Source: Hyphochytrium catenoides
Lineage: Eukaryota; Protista; Hyphochytriomycota
Assembly (NCBI GenBank): GCA_900088475.1
Contig: FLMG01003022.1
Span: forward strand, 44,989-108,988
Direction of reading: 5' to 3'
DNA: 64,000 nucleotides
Below the pieces are notes generated by a model. The model saw only the letters and a list, made by a program, of their open reading frames with translations. It was not told the origin of the DNA and ran no database searches. This document shows, piece after piece, positions 1-11,800 of this stretch (positions within the stretch are counted from its first letter, which is position 1; the number at the start of each line of letters is the position of its first letter). A program made the position numbers and the translations under genes.

Positions 1-2343
1 TAGCAACTTTTCGTTAGTACCTTCATTGCCTGACATCCTGACTTCAGGAGAGAAGAAAGTACGGCGCTATTGGCTGGACTGTACCTTATGAGTTCAATAA
101 CAGCGATCTGACAGCTGGACTGGAGTTTTTGGAGAGAACTATCATCCCCTCTGGCTCAGTACCGTGGGGAACTCTTCAATACATGGTAGGCCAACAGACA
201 GAAATCAGCTTTGAAGGGAACGGGGGAGAGAGAGAACAAGGAGGCTGTATTGAGGAGGTTGCGTTTCTCATTCGCTTCCTTTCGGGTAGCAAGCAACTAT
301 CATACGTTTCTACCCGCACAGATTAGTTTACTTTACCTTTCGTCTTTTCTTGTCTCACTGACGTGATTTTTACCATGGTCAGCTGTCCGATGTCCATTAC
401 GGGGGCAAGATAGTTGACAAGACGGACGCTCGCCTCTTTCTCGCGTACACGGAGCAGTGGCTGCGCCCGGAGATCCTCCATTCCGCTTTCTCGTTCAGCC
501 CAGAGAAGGTGCTGGGGAAGATCCCTGAGGATTTTATGTACAAAGCGCCAGATGCCCAGGACGTGGAGGAATATATCCGATACATTCAATCGTTTCCAGA
601 GGTACAGAGAGAGAGAGAGAGATGTTCTCTTCACTATTCTTTGTGGGGCAAGAAGATGTATTGGTCCAACCTCGTCGGAAATGAGCTTCTGAATACTTAA
701 GCTTTCCAACCCATTCCTCTTTATTGATTGCTTGGCTTTTCCATGTTCTGCATGCTGCCATCAAGAAGTCAAGGTCATCTATGTACTCGAGTTCTTGCTT
801 CTTGGCGTGGCTTCTGCCTTGCCTTGCTGTCCCCTCTCCACTCCGCACTAACTCTGTACCTCTAGACTGACTCTCCCGAGATCTTTGGTTTACATCCGAA
901 TGCGGACCTCTCGCATCGAGTGAGAGACTCGTCACGACTGATTCAGAGCTTGATAGACATCCAACCAAAAGTGGGACAAGGAGTTGCTAGCTCTTCGAGG
1001 GACGAAATAGTCCTTCAGACAGTGGATAATTTGCTGAAAGCCTTGCCATCCCCTCTCAGCCATTCCGAGATTATGATGGTAAGAAGTGAGGAGTTAGAGA
1101 CACTATTAGTCTCTCTTTATGCAGCTCCTCTTCTGGAATTCATTCCCCCTCTTCACATGAAGGTGGCTCAGCACCCTGCCTTACCCTTCACTAGGCTCTC
1201 GAAAGACAAGGGGGATTCCTTCTGCCTCTGAATATATTCCTGGCCCAAGAGGTGGAGGTGCTGAGGAAAATTATTGAGGTGGCATCCTCGTCTCTCCTAA
1301 CGATTAAAAAGACCTTCACTGGGGAGATTCTTCGAACTCCAGAACTTGGGCTCGCCATGGATGAAATCTATGATGGAAGACCACCTAGTCTATGGACGAA
1401 AGCAAGAAACGGAGATGAGTTGAGCTGGACGAGCAGCTCTTTAAGCTCTTGGTTCTCAAGTTTGCTAAAGAGAGAAGCGCAGCTACAGAAATGGCTCATC
1501 CACGGAAGGCCAGCCAGTTACTGGTTAGGAGGGTTCCGCAATCCACAGGTAACTTCATTAGAGTATGGTTGCTCTGTGATTAACATCCTGCTCGCGATGG
1601 CCAGTTCGGTCCTCTCCTGAGTCTCCAACTTTTCCTTATGCTGATCTGGACCTCATCGGGGCAGTGGCGGCTAACAACTCTTTATTTACTAGGGCCTACT
1701 CACGGCAGCCCGACAAGAAGGAGCAAGGAACCACAAAGCCGAAAAGTGGACTCTAGATGAGACTGCATTGCAGTATGAAGTCCAGCACGCTGGGCCGAAA
1801 GAGAAAGAAGAAGCCAAAGCAATCGTCAAAGAAGGCATCCTTATCCAAGGATTATTTATTGAAGGTGCTGCCTGGTGCATGTAAGTATACGCGTCATGGA
1901 AACTGCGGGACCCGGTCTGGGCTCCTATCAGCTTCACTGCTTTGCACAAATTTCCCTCGCATACTTCCACTTCCGTCTTCGCTTTTATTTTTGCGCTCTT
2001 TTTCTATAACACTTTCTTCGCTCGTTTGAAGAGGTAATTTCACTCTATGTGGACGCCTAAATAACTCTTATCCTGTCTTTTGTCGTGCTGCAGAGACCGC
2101 AACTGTCTAATGGACTCTAAGCCAAAGGTTCTATTCGAGGAGATGCCCCTCATTCATGCGACAGCAGTGGTCAAATCTCAGCAGAGAAAGTCCAGAATTG
2201 AGGTCTACGAATGTCCACTCTACAAAGACAGCAGCAGAACTGCAAGCTCCTTTATTGTTCCCATCGAATTGCCCGCGGGTGACGTACGACCAAGCTACTG
2301 GACCCTGAGAGGTGTAGCACTTCTTTGTTCCAATGAGTTCTAG
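1..2343 (+). CDS. Axonemal dynein heavy chain, C-terminal part (AAA6 lid and C-terminal domain); 5' truncated by the window; resembles the outer-arm gamma/DNAH5-8 type
   Basis: Spliced exons read PWGTLQYM|LSDVHYGGKIVD, TDSPEIFGLHPNADL, IDIQPK, LQKWLIHGRPASYWLGGFRNPQ|GLLTAARQE, GILIQGLFIEGAAW and YECPLYK...YWTLRGVALLC, ending TAG at 2341-2343. The subfamily is inferred. Confidence 0.95.
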
Positions 2344-2853
2344 GTTCACATGTTACAGCACAGAGAAGCGCTTGGTCGGTCGAAGGAGTTCCCTTAGATC
2401 ACAATCAATAGGGATTCTTAACCTAGCCACGGATTATAAATAGTCAGGTTTAGTTTATTTTTCTCTTACAACTCCGGGTAATCGCTTACATGGTAGACAC
2501 CCTGCCAATAGAGGTCGAGAAGGAATGAGATGTCCAGATGCAAAAGGCATTTATTGGAGAGGGAGGAAGATGGGAAATGAGACTGAAACCCGTTGGAGAA
2601 AGGAGTAGGAATAACAAGCTAAGAAAGGGACATGCACACACGACACCCTTCTCCAGCAGTCCCGCGCGGACAGTTGTGGGCTCTGGTTAATTGGAGCGTT
2701 CTGTACTATACATAATCTAATTAAAAAAGCAGTAGGTAGACCGATGTCTCGTCCTTATTCTACTCTGCTCCTGTTTAGTAGGCTTTTCTGTCACAAAGGC
2801 TGGTTCACAAAAGAGACAACCATTGTCCGTACCATCAGAAGATCTACTCGCTC

Positions 2854-4612
2854 TCATAAGGCAGGGTCTACATCTATTTCAGGAGTTACGTAGACCTTGG
2901 ATCTGCTGAACACCCTGATTGCCTCCTCGACCTCCTGCAGCTTAGCATCCAGCACGTTCTTTCTTCTTATTTGTCCCGGAGTCTCAATCCGGAGGGGCAG
3001 CTTGTTGATCTGCAGTCGTATCTCTTCTAAGCGTATCTAAAGAGTTAAGGTCTATCCGGGATGATGACTAAAGAAGCCAGGTGACTGGAGGAAGGAGAGA
3101 GGATATTCACGGGAATGCCGATGACAGAGTGGAAGCAAGGAAGGTTCAGGCAGTCCGAAGGAAGGAGACAATATGCCGAGGCATAAGACATGGATGTGCT
3201 GCCTTCCACAGGGGGTCAAAACCTATGCATTAAAATGAAAGTCAAGGACGAAGAGAATAGTAGAGTTGACAAAGGTCTCCAGATTGGCAATTCAGACGGT
3301 CAGAGAAGGATATTGTCCTCAAGGGCTTTGAGTGTGTTGAGCCTCTCCTCTTCCTTCATTCGGACCATTCCTGGAGGGCAATCCGGATCCTCATCCCTCT
3401 TTCTTCTCTCTTCCTCCTCAAGCGCTCGCTACCAGGGATTCAGAAGTATAAGCGCTGAAACAGAGCGTCCCGTAAGAACAAGAATATTCCATTTTACCTG
3501 CTCCTTCAGTCTAAGAAGATATTCGGGGACTTTCCCAAAGTTGGGGTGCTTTCTTTCCCGTAACACCGCTTCAGGCTGCGGTGGTCGCATTTTGGTGGCC
3601 TCGTAGGCATTGCCAAAAATAAAGTTAACTGGCTCCTTGGACATCTGAAGACCAACAAAGCTCGTTCAGCTAGGGACGAAGCAAAATCACTAGTCATGTG
3701 AGGACTCAGATCTACAGGATATGAGTGAAGGGGAGATGGTAGTGTCCGGGGAACTGAAGCAACATCGGTGTGAGTGGGAGCTACGATACCAAGAACTTCA
3801 ACTCTTGGTCTCTCCTCCTTAGCTCATCCAAAGTAGGAGTGGGTTCTTTCTTGTGTTTCTCAGAGGGACTGCCAGCCCCTGTCCTTGCAGACATAGAATT
3901 TGGCCTTTGAAGTGGTGATCTGACGCTCCTCTCACTCCTTTGTGAGGTAGCACTGCGTGGCCTGGCCCCACCTTCCCCTTTTCGAAGAAATTCATGCCGG
4001 GCAGATTCTTCTGATTTCTAGAGCGGATGGTTGGTGACCCTTGACCATTAGACATCGGTGTATTCTTTAACCTACCTTAGCTGTCGCGTCAAGAGCCCGG
4101 GACGAAACATTGGCGAACCTGGACAGCTTAAAGGGCTGCTTTCCGGGCTGGGCCTACCAGTAGAGTAGCAGAAACAGTATTTAAGAGAAAGAGAATATAG
4201 CAGTCTCAGACCACAGCCAGAACAAAGGAAAGAGTGTTACGAGTGCATGGATAGGAAAGGGAAGACGGACTAAGATTGACGGGCTTTAGCCAGCTCAGTG
4301 CAGAGGGATGTTACACATTAAGAAGACAAGATCAGAACAAGGCGGTTGAGCGAGAGAGGCGAACAAAGAAGGAGCTCTTAGGAGTCCGATAGAATAGTTT
4401 GCGCCTTGAAGGGCACCTGTTCAAGAAGCCTTTGCCGATTCTGATTCTGGATTTCTTTGAGCACCAACCGATTAAGCCGCTCGTGGTCCTTTGGGCGAAT
4501 CCCCTTCCGCATCATTTCATCTCTACATCGGAGGGTATCGGTCAGGCAAGAAAGAACCTCACTGTGTCTCAACTCCTGCGTAAATGTGGCTGCCAGAGGC
4601 CCAAACCGCCAT
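2854..4612 (-). CDS. ENKD1: Enkurin domain-containing protein (ENKD1-like), multi-exon
   Basis: Exons encode RKGIRPKDHERLNRLVLKEIQ, HPNFGKVPEYLLRLK, DPDCPPGMVRMKEEERLNTLKAL and INKLPLRIETPGQIRRKNVLDAKLQEVEEAIRVFSRSKVYV (enkurin domain). Stop TGA at 2856-2854. Start placed at ATG 4612; an upstream in-frame ATG also exists. Confidence 0.85.
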
Positions 4613-5836
4613 GTCGCTCTCGATCTCTTCTCCGTCGGCACAACGAACGCTTTTTCTACCAATCAATGGCAGGACAAAGCCAAAAGAGAACGCCGCCCCT
4701 ACTACGTTCCACTTTTGTGCCCAGAACTGACCTGTAGCCCCTCGCGGGATTGAGAATGGAGGCGACAGCCTGCCCTCCAAGCTGACTCCTTGCCTTTTGC
4801 TTCTTCTCCATGGGTTTCGATACCTTGGCCCAATCAATGTGAGATGATCAGCCCACGAAAGGCGGCCGATGAAAGGAGGTTGAAGGTACAAAGGGTAAGA
4901 GACCAGAGATGGTCGAAAAAAGGGTCCACTTCCGAAGCTAAGACGGCCCGGCTCTGCCTTTGGCATCCACCTGTGAGGTTTGGGCTCTATAGCCCCCACC
5001 TTTCTCTTACCTTTATCTCTGCCCTAGCTGTCGTTAGATGGCTTCTCAAACTGTATCTCCTCACAGAACCTCTTTGGTGGCAGTGACCCACTACTGAGGA
5101 GCCACTACTGATCCTCACCAGCGAGGCAGATCGTCAGCTAGCGGAGGTGGACAAGGTGACTGTTACTTAGAGGCACGAGGAAACAGGCCGCAGAAGGGCG
5201 ACCGAGTGAGAAAGAGGAGGAGAGAGGAGAGAGAGAGCGCGGACAACAGAGGTAGGGATATGTGAAGTGGGAAGCCTGGTGCGGGCCAAGGCGCGAATCG
5301 AGAGGCGAGCGAGACGGAGAGGCGACGCGCCGATGCGCCGGAGCAGCAGGAGGAAGGGCAGAGGCAGGAGCGGGGACGGTGGTGCTGCTGACAATTTGAA
5401 ACGAAACGGTGTGGCCCACATCGCGTACAACCACCGCACAGCCTCGCTCTATTCATAATAACCTACACTCCCTCGAAAATATGTTCTGTGCATGTCAGGA
5501 CTGGAAACCTTTTCAGGCCGCGTTCCAAATAGAGCTCGCACTATTTCGGATACGCTCTTACCTACAACGTACACGTACGCTGCACAGTCCTGGGCCTGAC
5601 CTTGCGAATCCTCTCTCATACTTTAGGCTCTGCATCATCATCATCGGCTCCTTCTCAGCGCCAAATCTTAGAAGATCTCCTTCAGACTTCAGGGCAGTCT
5701 TCTCCGTTTATCTCTGAAGACCCTGCTGGTCATTGTCAGGAAGACTGTCTGGCCGGTCCGCTGAAGGTCACGGTGTACGATGTGCCGCGGCGTGTGTGGT
5801 GCCTGTTAGTGTGAGGCATGCTGTGGGAGTGGGACA

Positions 5837-8800
5837 ATGACCACCGCTTTTGGAGTGCCCAGCTCTTATATCTGCGGGACCGTAGGTCCTTCAGACACTT
5901 CGCCTCCCGGCGCCGGGCTAGCCTTTGACAGCAAGGGAGATTACCTTGCCATCTGTACCAATGACGACGTTCGCATCTGGTCAGGTGGGAAGAACAAGAT
6001 CCCTTTGGGGCATTGTGCCACGGTCAGGTAAGAGAAGCTTACCGGCAAATAGGTGCAGTCAGGGGATCGAAGAGCTTCTGATTCTCTATCTTAGGGATGG
6101 GCCTCCTCGCCTGGCAGCGACTACCACGTTGCCCCTTAGGGTGGAAGCGCTTTGGGCAGCTAACACTGAACTTTTGCTAGTGCTGCACAGTGGAAAGGAT
6201 GTCTGCAGTCTGCACGGCTACACCGTGAAGGTGAGGAAGCTTGACGACACCCTCAGAAGCGTCTATCCTCAACTAACTGTTGGTATCCCTCTCGCCTTAC
6301 CTTGTTTGTCCTTGGTGCTGATGCCCTTGGATTCAAATAGAGGACCGAGTACACAGTCAGTCTTGATCTTCCTAGTTGGTTGGAGGCCGCTCCGGAGAGT
6401 CTTTCTGCACCGAACCTTCTCTACCAGGTGGAAGTACATCATAGTCGAAATTTCTTTCCCCAACATTCTTCTCTTTCCCTCACGGGAGGACCTACAAGTT
6501 TATGCGAGTACAAGGAGGATAAGCTTGTAGTCGGATGCCAGGATGGCTCCGTCCTGTTCATGTCCTTTGACGGGCAGGTCCTTCAGCGGATTATGTTCCA
6601 CAGCCCTCTCCCTGATACACAGCCCAGCCTAAGCTCTTCTCAGACTCTGCCAGATCCCCTCTTGCTGGAAACCAAAAGGTTTGTGGGGATGGTTTTGTCA
6701 CAGTTCAGGGGAGGACCTCTCTCTCTACCATTGCAAGGCAGCCCCTTATTGCCATTCCAACCATTGAATCTTTGCAAATGACGTAGAGGACGTTCTGCTG
6801 TTAAGAGCCTAGCCGTAGCTAGGAAGCTAACCCACTTCCCTGTCTGCCAGCTACTTATATGTGTTTGGTCTACTTCTCCTTCCCTTGCTCCGCGGACTCG
6901 TATCTCAACCCTGTTGCGCATGGGCTCACTCTTACCTTCCCCTCATCCTCCCTTTGAACAATATTATCTCCAGTTTCGATGGCGAGACGCGCAGTCACAG
7001 GAGCCGATCCCGCTCAGCATCTACTCCGATCATCACGAAAGCTTGTGTCGCATGTGCCTACTCTTCAAAATTCTCTCTCCTCTCCTCCCTCTATGAAGAC
7101 GGCAGCTGCATTATCACTAACGTGAAGAAGCTTCTCCATCAAGGCCCTCCTCGAGCTGTAACCATATGCAAGGGCTATGGAGAAGAGAGAAGTGTTACTG
7201 CGGTCTCATTCTGTGACAAGCAGGCGATCATGGCATTGGGAAGACTTAATGGCTCCGTTTCGCTTTACCTTGTAAGAAGCGAGGGAGGAGGGGACAGAGG
7301 AGGACTAGAGAGCAAAGTGGACGGAGAGGAGGACTACATGTGGTCCTTGCACCACACTATCGATCTAACGATGGCTCTCTGGGGATTTCCTGGCACCGAG
7401 CTCGGAGCTGTGAGGACAATGGCGTGGGACACAACGGAGGGGTCCCTTGCTGTCGGCTATGAGCGCCGTGGTTTAGTTGTCTGGGACTCTTCGGGATGCA
7501 GATTGATGACCACGCTGCCTCAGGTAGGATACTTGGCTCTAGTTGCTTCAATGCATTATGCCCTTCATCTCTTCAATTGGTTCAGTCAATATTCTTTTTG
7601 CCACTCTCGAGCGTCACCGAATTGTAAACCTTATTTCAAATGGCTCTCGGTTCGCCGTCTACCACCATGTCTGCTTCTTGCTCGGCCAAGCCGTTGTTCG
7701 CGACCCGCAAATGTCACTTATACCTGTCCATTGCTATTAGGCACGTCCACGCCCGCGCTATGTATCCTATCTTATACCTTCATACCTTGCAACCACCATT
7801 GCTATCTTTGAACTACTGATCAGGTGTACGGGGAGAGCACAAAAGGAGATTCGGAGCAGTTCCTCCACGGCGTCCTAGCACTGGCCTGGAACCGCAGGGA
7901 TTCATCTCTCTGTGGCATCTCTTCTCCTTTTCCGCATGAAGAGGCCCTTCGTTTATCTCTTATGAGGTTTAGAAGAGGAAGCAAATCCTCTGTTGGCACT
8001 AATGAGACTGCGATACCAACCGATCTTTTGGGACTTGCTGGCTCTGCAACGGGTACTCTCTCTTCTGGACAGTGGGACGGAGAGGGCAAGCGGTCTGAGT
8101 CTATAAGCTCTCTTCCTCCGTCTCCGGATCGCTTACCTTCCACCGCTGGTAGCCTTGATTCTTTGCAGGCTGGACGGCGAAAGGACATTGAGCGCTACCT
8201 TTCGGACTTAATGTATGAATGCACTATCATGAAGACTGACAAAGGTTTAGGACTGCACCTTCAGTCTACAGCTGAGGAGCGAGTTTGCTGGATTCACCTT
8301 GAACATCCATTCTCCCCCCTTGCTGACGGCAGTAAAGGACCAGCGGAGCTGCTTGGACTAATCCACAAGGGAGACATTCTGTGGTCAATCAACGGTAGAA
8401 AGGAAGAATACCCGTCTCAACTCCTCCCTACATAATTGCTAAGTTTCATTGCTTGATTCTCTCTCTCTCTCTATCTTGTCGAGATGTTCTAGAGACTCTG
8501 ACAACCTTAGTCAAGTGATCTGTCAGTACTCTGTACCGCCTCTTTATGTTCCCTCACCCTTTGCTATGCATCAACCGTCCATTCTAAAAGTTGCAAAATT
8601 CATGTGATACTTCGGTAGGGAAGTGTGTTCTGGGACTCAAGCTGAAGGATGTGGTGCAATTTCTGCGGCATGCTCCCAGTGGAGAACTATCCCTCCGCTT
8701 GGTCCTTGGAGACTATGACGCACTCTTTGATATCGCTCTCTTTATCGTCAGTCATCTTGGGCTAAACTAGTAAGTAAATTCTGTTGCGCTCATTCCCTAG

Positions 8801-11800
8801 TTCTGTGTGTGGAATATCTCCTTTCTGTCTCTGTTTTTGACGTCTACAGTGCGCAATCATGGTGGGTAATTATTCGGATCTGCCTTTTGGCTCTGTCTGC
8901 CATCAAGGATACTATACTTAGTCTCAGATCGGGCGCCTCCAGGACCGACCCTTCACACCTTCTTTCGCCTCCAATGCCCCGAATCACCCTATTCTTTTAT
9001 CTCTTCCCAAACTAGTGAGACCGGGATATCTACGGCAGAAAAACTCCAGCTCTACGCCTTATTCAAGCAAGCCACGTCAGGGCCTTGCCCTTTTGATGTC
9101 CCTTCGGCGGCAGAAGTAAGTTTTACCCCTATAATAATGTAGTTAGATTTTCGTTCTCTCTCCTCAGGCGATGATGGTCTTGTCAGTAGGCCTTCATCAT
9201 AAAATATCGCAGTAACAATTCGTATTCTTGAAATTAGACGTTCGTCTCTTCTCTTAAAAGGTTTGATCTGTGTGTCACACTGAGTGACTGGACTTCCCTA
9301 TCGTGCTAACTACTTGCACATCTCCTGTTTGGCCATTGTTGATAGACCTTTTCCATTCTCTTTTGCTCTTAGCCGAACAGGAAGAAATGGGCGGCGTGGA
9401 AGGCGCTTGGACAAGACCTCGATGTACACACAGCTAAATCTCGATATGTCCGCCTTTTGTTATCACTCTATGGGTCTAGTCTGCACTCGGAACTGGCAAG
9501 TGCTTCTTCGGTTGAAGTGGAGGGTTGTGAAAGTGGAGAACCAACGACAAGTCGCACTTCGGCCCCCGCAGAGGTGGAGCTCTCTCCTGGTGATAGTCTT
9601 TTCCCCCCTCCATCCCCTCAAACAGTTGAGCGTCGCATTGAAAGTCCTAGCAAGTCCTCTGCAAGTCCAAAATCGCGACCTATTGAGGTCATTGGTGGAG
9701 ACAAGAACGGAAGCGACAGGAGTGATAGGCTAGGCGGATCTCTGGCACTGACTGTATTCAATATTCTTCGGACAGATGGAAGGATGGCTTCCCCTTCTTG
9801 CTCTCCATTTGCTAAGATGGCCCTGGCGGGTCCTGACTTCCTACAGGTTCTAGACCTGGCGGAGTGGGACCCTACCGTTCTCTCCTGGGTTACGATTACT
9901 CTTCCTATGCCCTATAGTGCCGCCAACTGGCCGATTAGCCGATTCTCCTTTAGCAAAGATGGCTCAAGGATCGCTCTGGCAGGTAATGACTCGGGCGGCA
10001 AACAGAGACTGGGTCAGCTATCTTGTTTCCTGTCGCTCACGTACCGCTGCTTCCTCTCACGCTTGTTCCAAGCCTTCCCTTTATCCTCTTTCAAGGACTC
10101 TATATTAGGCAAAAGATGAGTTGGCGTCTTCGTATCCAATCTCGAAGGCGTCATACATAACTAAAGCGATATCGTCTTTGCAGGTACCACTGGTTTCGCC
10201 GTATACAATCGACTTGCTCACAAGTGGCGTCTATTTGGAAATGTGGCACAAGAGAGGGATTTAATAGTTAGTTCACTTGCGTGGCTCGGCTCCGAGTTCA
10301 TCCTCGTGTGCGCCAGGCCAGCAGGAGACAAGGTATGGAGCGATATTTTTCACCTAAGACACAAAGACCAGAAACTTCCTCCTCATCAACCAAAAGTAGC
10401 CATTATCAGCTATTTTCAGTCATTTATTCTTGAGATGATGCGATCCTGGAAATGTGTTATTTTTGCAAGGTCGCGCACAGGCTCTCTTCATTTATCACCA
10501 TTTACATGTTTATAACTCTTGCTCTCAGAGCACCGGACGTGTCACGCTGTACTTGTATCCAAGAAACCATTTAGACCAATCTTCCGTTCTCTTGGAGCAC
10601 TCACTGGAACCACCGAAGGGGGCCGAGGGGCAACATGAGAATGTTGTCATGATAATCGACAATAATGAAGATCTCCTTCTTGTCTTAATAGGCCCTACCT
10701 TATTCGCTTTCAGGCTCAAAGTGACAGGTGAGCCACCCCACTTAGGGCATCTTTCATCCTGAGTATGAGTAGCTCTAAGATCGTAAGCCTTCTAAAGCAC
10801 AATGTAGCTCTGCAGTTATGGAAGGGTTACGTTCTGACCTTGTCGTTTACGTTGTTCTTCCCTTAGGATCAGCGGAAGCGGCAGATGAGTTTCCTGCAGT
10901 AGAGTTTCGCAGCTTAGGCACGTTTACCTTCCCCCTCCCTCCTGAATCGACATCTATCAGAGAAGCATTCGTACTTCCGCGCCTTGTCAATGACTCTCCC
11001 AGTCTACAAAAGGCCTTCGAGGAAAATGCAGCTTCCACACCCTCATCTTCGTGGGGCTGGGGCTTGGGATGGCTATCCATACAGAATTCTGACCCAGAAA
11101 AACCATTCCCAAGGGTGAGGCCTCCGAGGGCAAAATACATAAATTTACAATGTGCTTATTCCTCTTCTATGCCTCACTACGGTGTTAATTTTGCCAAAAC
11201 TGTGATTACACGCCATGCGCTACGGGAAGCGCTAACTTTCGACGTCCTCGTTCGCTTAGCTGGCTCTATTGGATCACTCAGGCGCCCTTTGGCTGTCAGA
11301 CCTAGAAGCGCGGAGCTTCAGAAAGCTAGCCGATGGAGTGATAGAGATTATGCCCCTCTCTCCCGCTCAGGTGTGAGAAAAGGAATGGAGGGAATTGCCA
11401 TTATACGCCAATCATTATGTTGGTATACCTTTCCCGTCTCTTGGAGCGTTCAAGTCGTCAGAATTATCCTGGACTCTCACGTGGATAATCTAATACCTGC
11501 AACTTCACACTCTAGAATTGGCCAACTCCTCTACAACATGGATTCTGCATCTACACACGAGCGGGGATGAGGTACTGGTTTCCACAGCTAGATGGGTTGC
11601 GTTGGGTTAGAGGCCATGGGACTCGAGGTACGAATGACATTCCTGCTCTGACAAGTAGCTCTCCATCTCCTTTCCAGCCCTTATTGCTTTACGTTGACAG
11701 GCCAAAGTTTTAAAAGCTTCGCAATAACCTTCCTATCCGGCCCTTCACCTTTCCATTTAGCAGGAAATGAGTCAATTGAGGAAATTAGTGAAGAGGAGGT

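Noticed and set aside
4840-4880. Hammerhead-like words (gatgatcag…gaaa…cgatgaaagg)
   Set aside because: No intact CUGAUGA core and no three pairing stems found.
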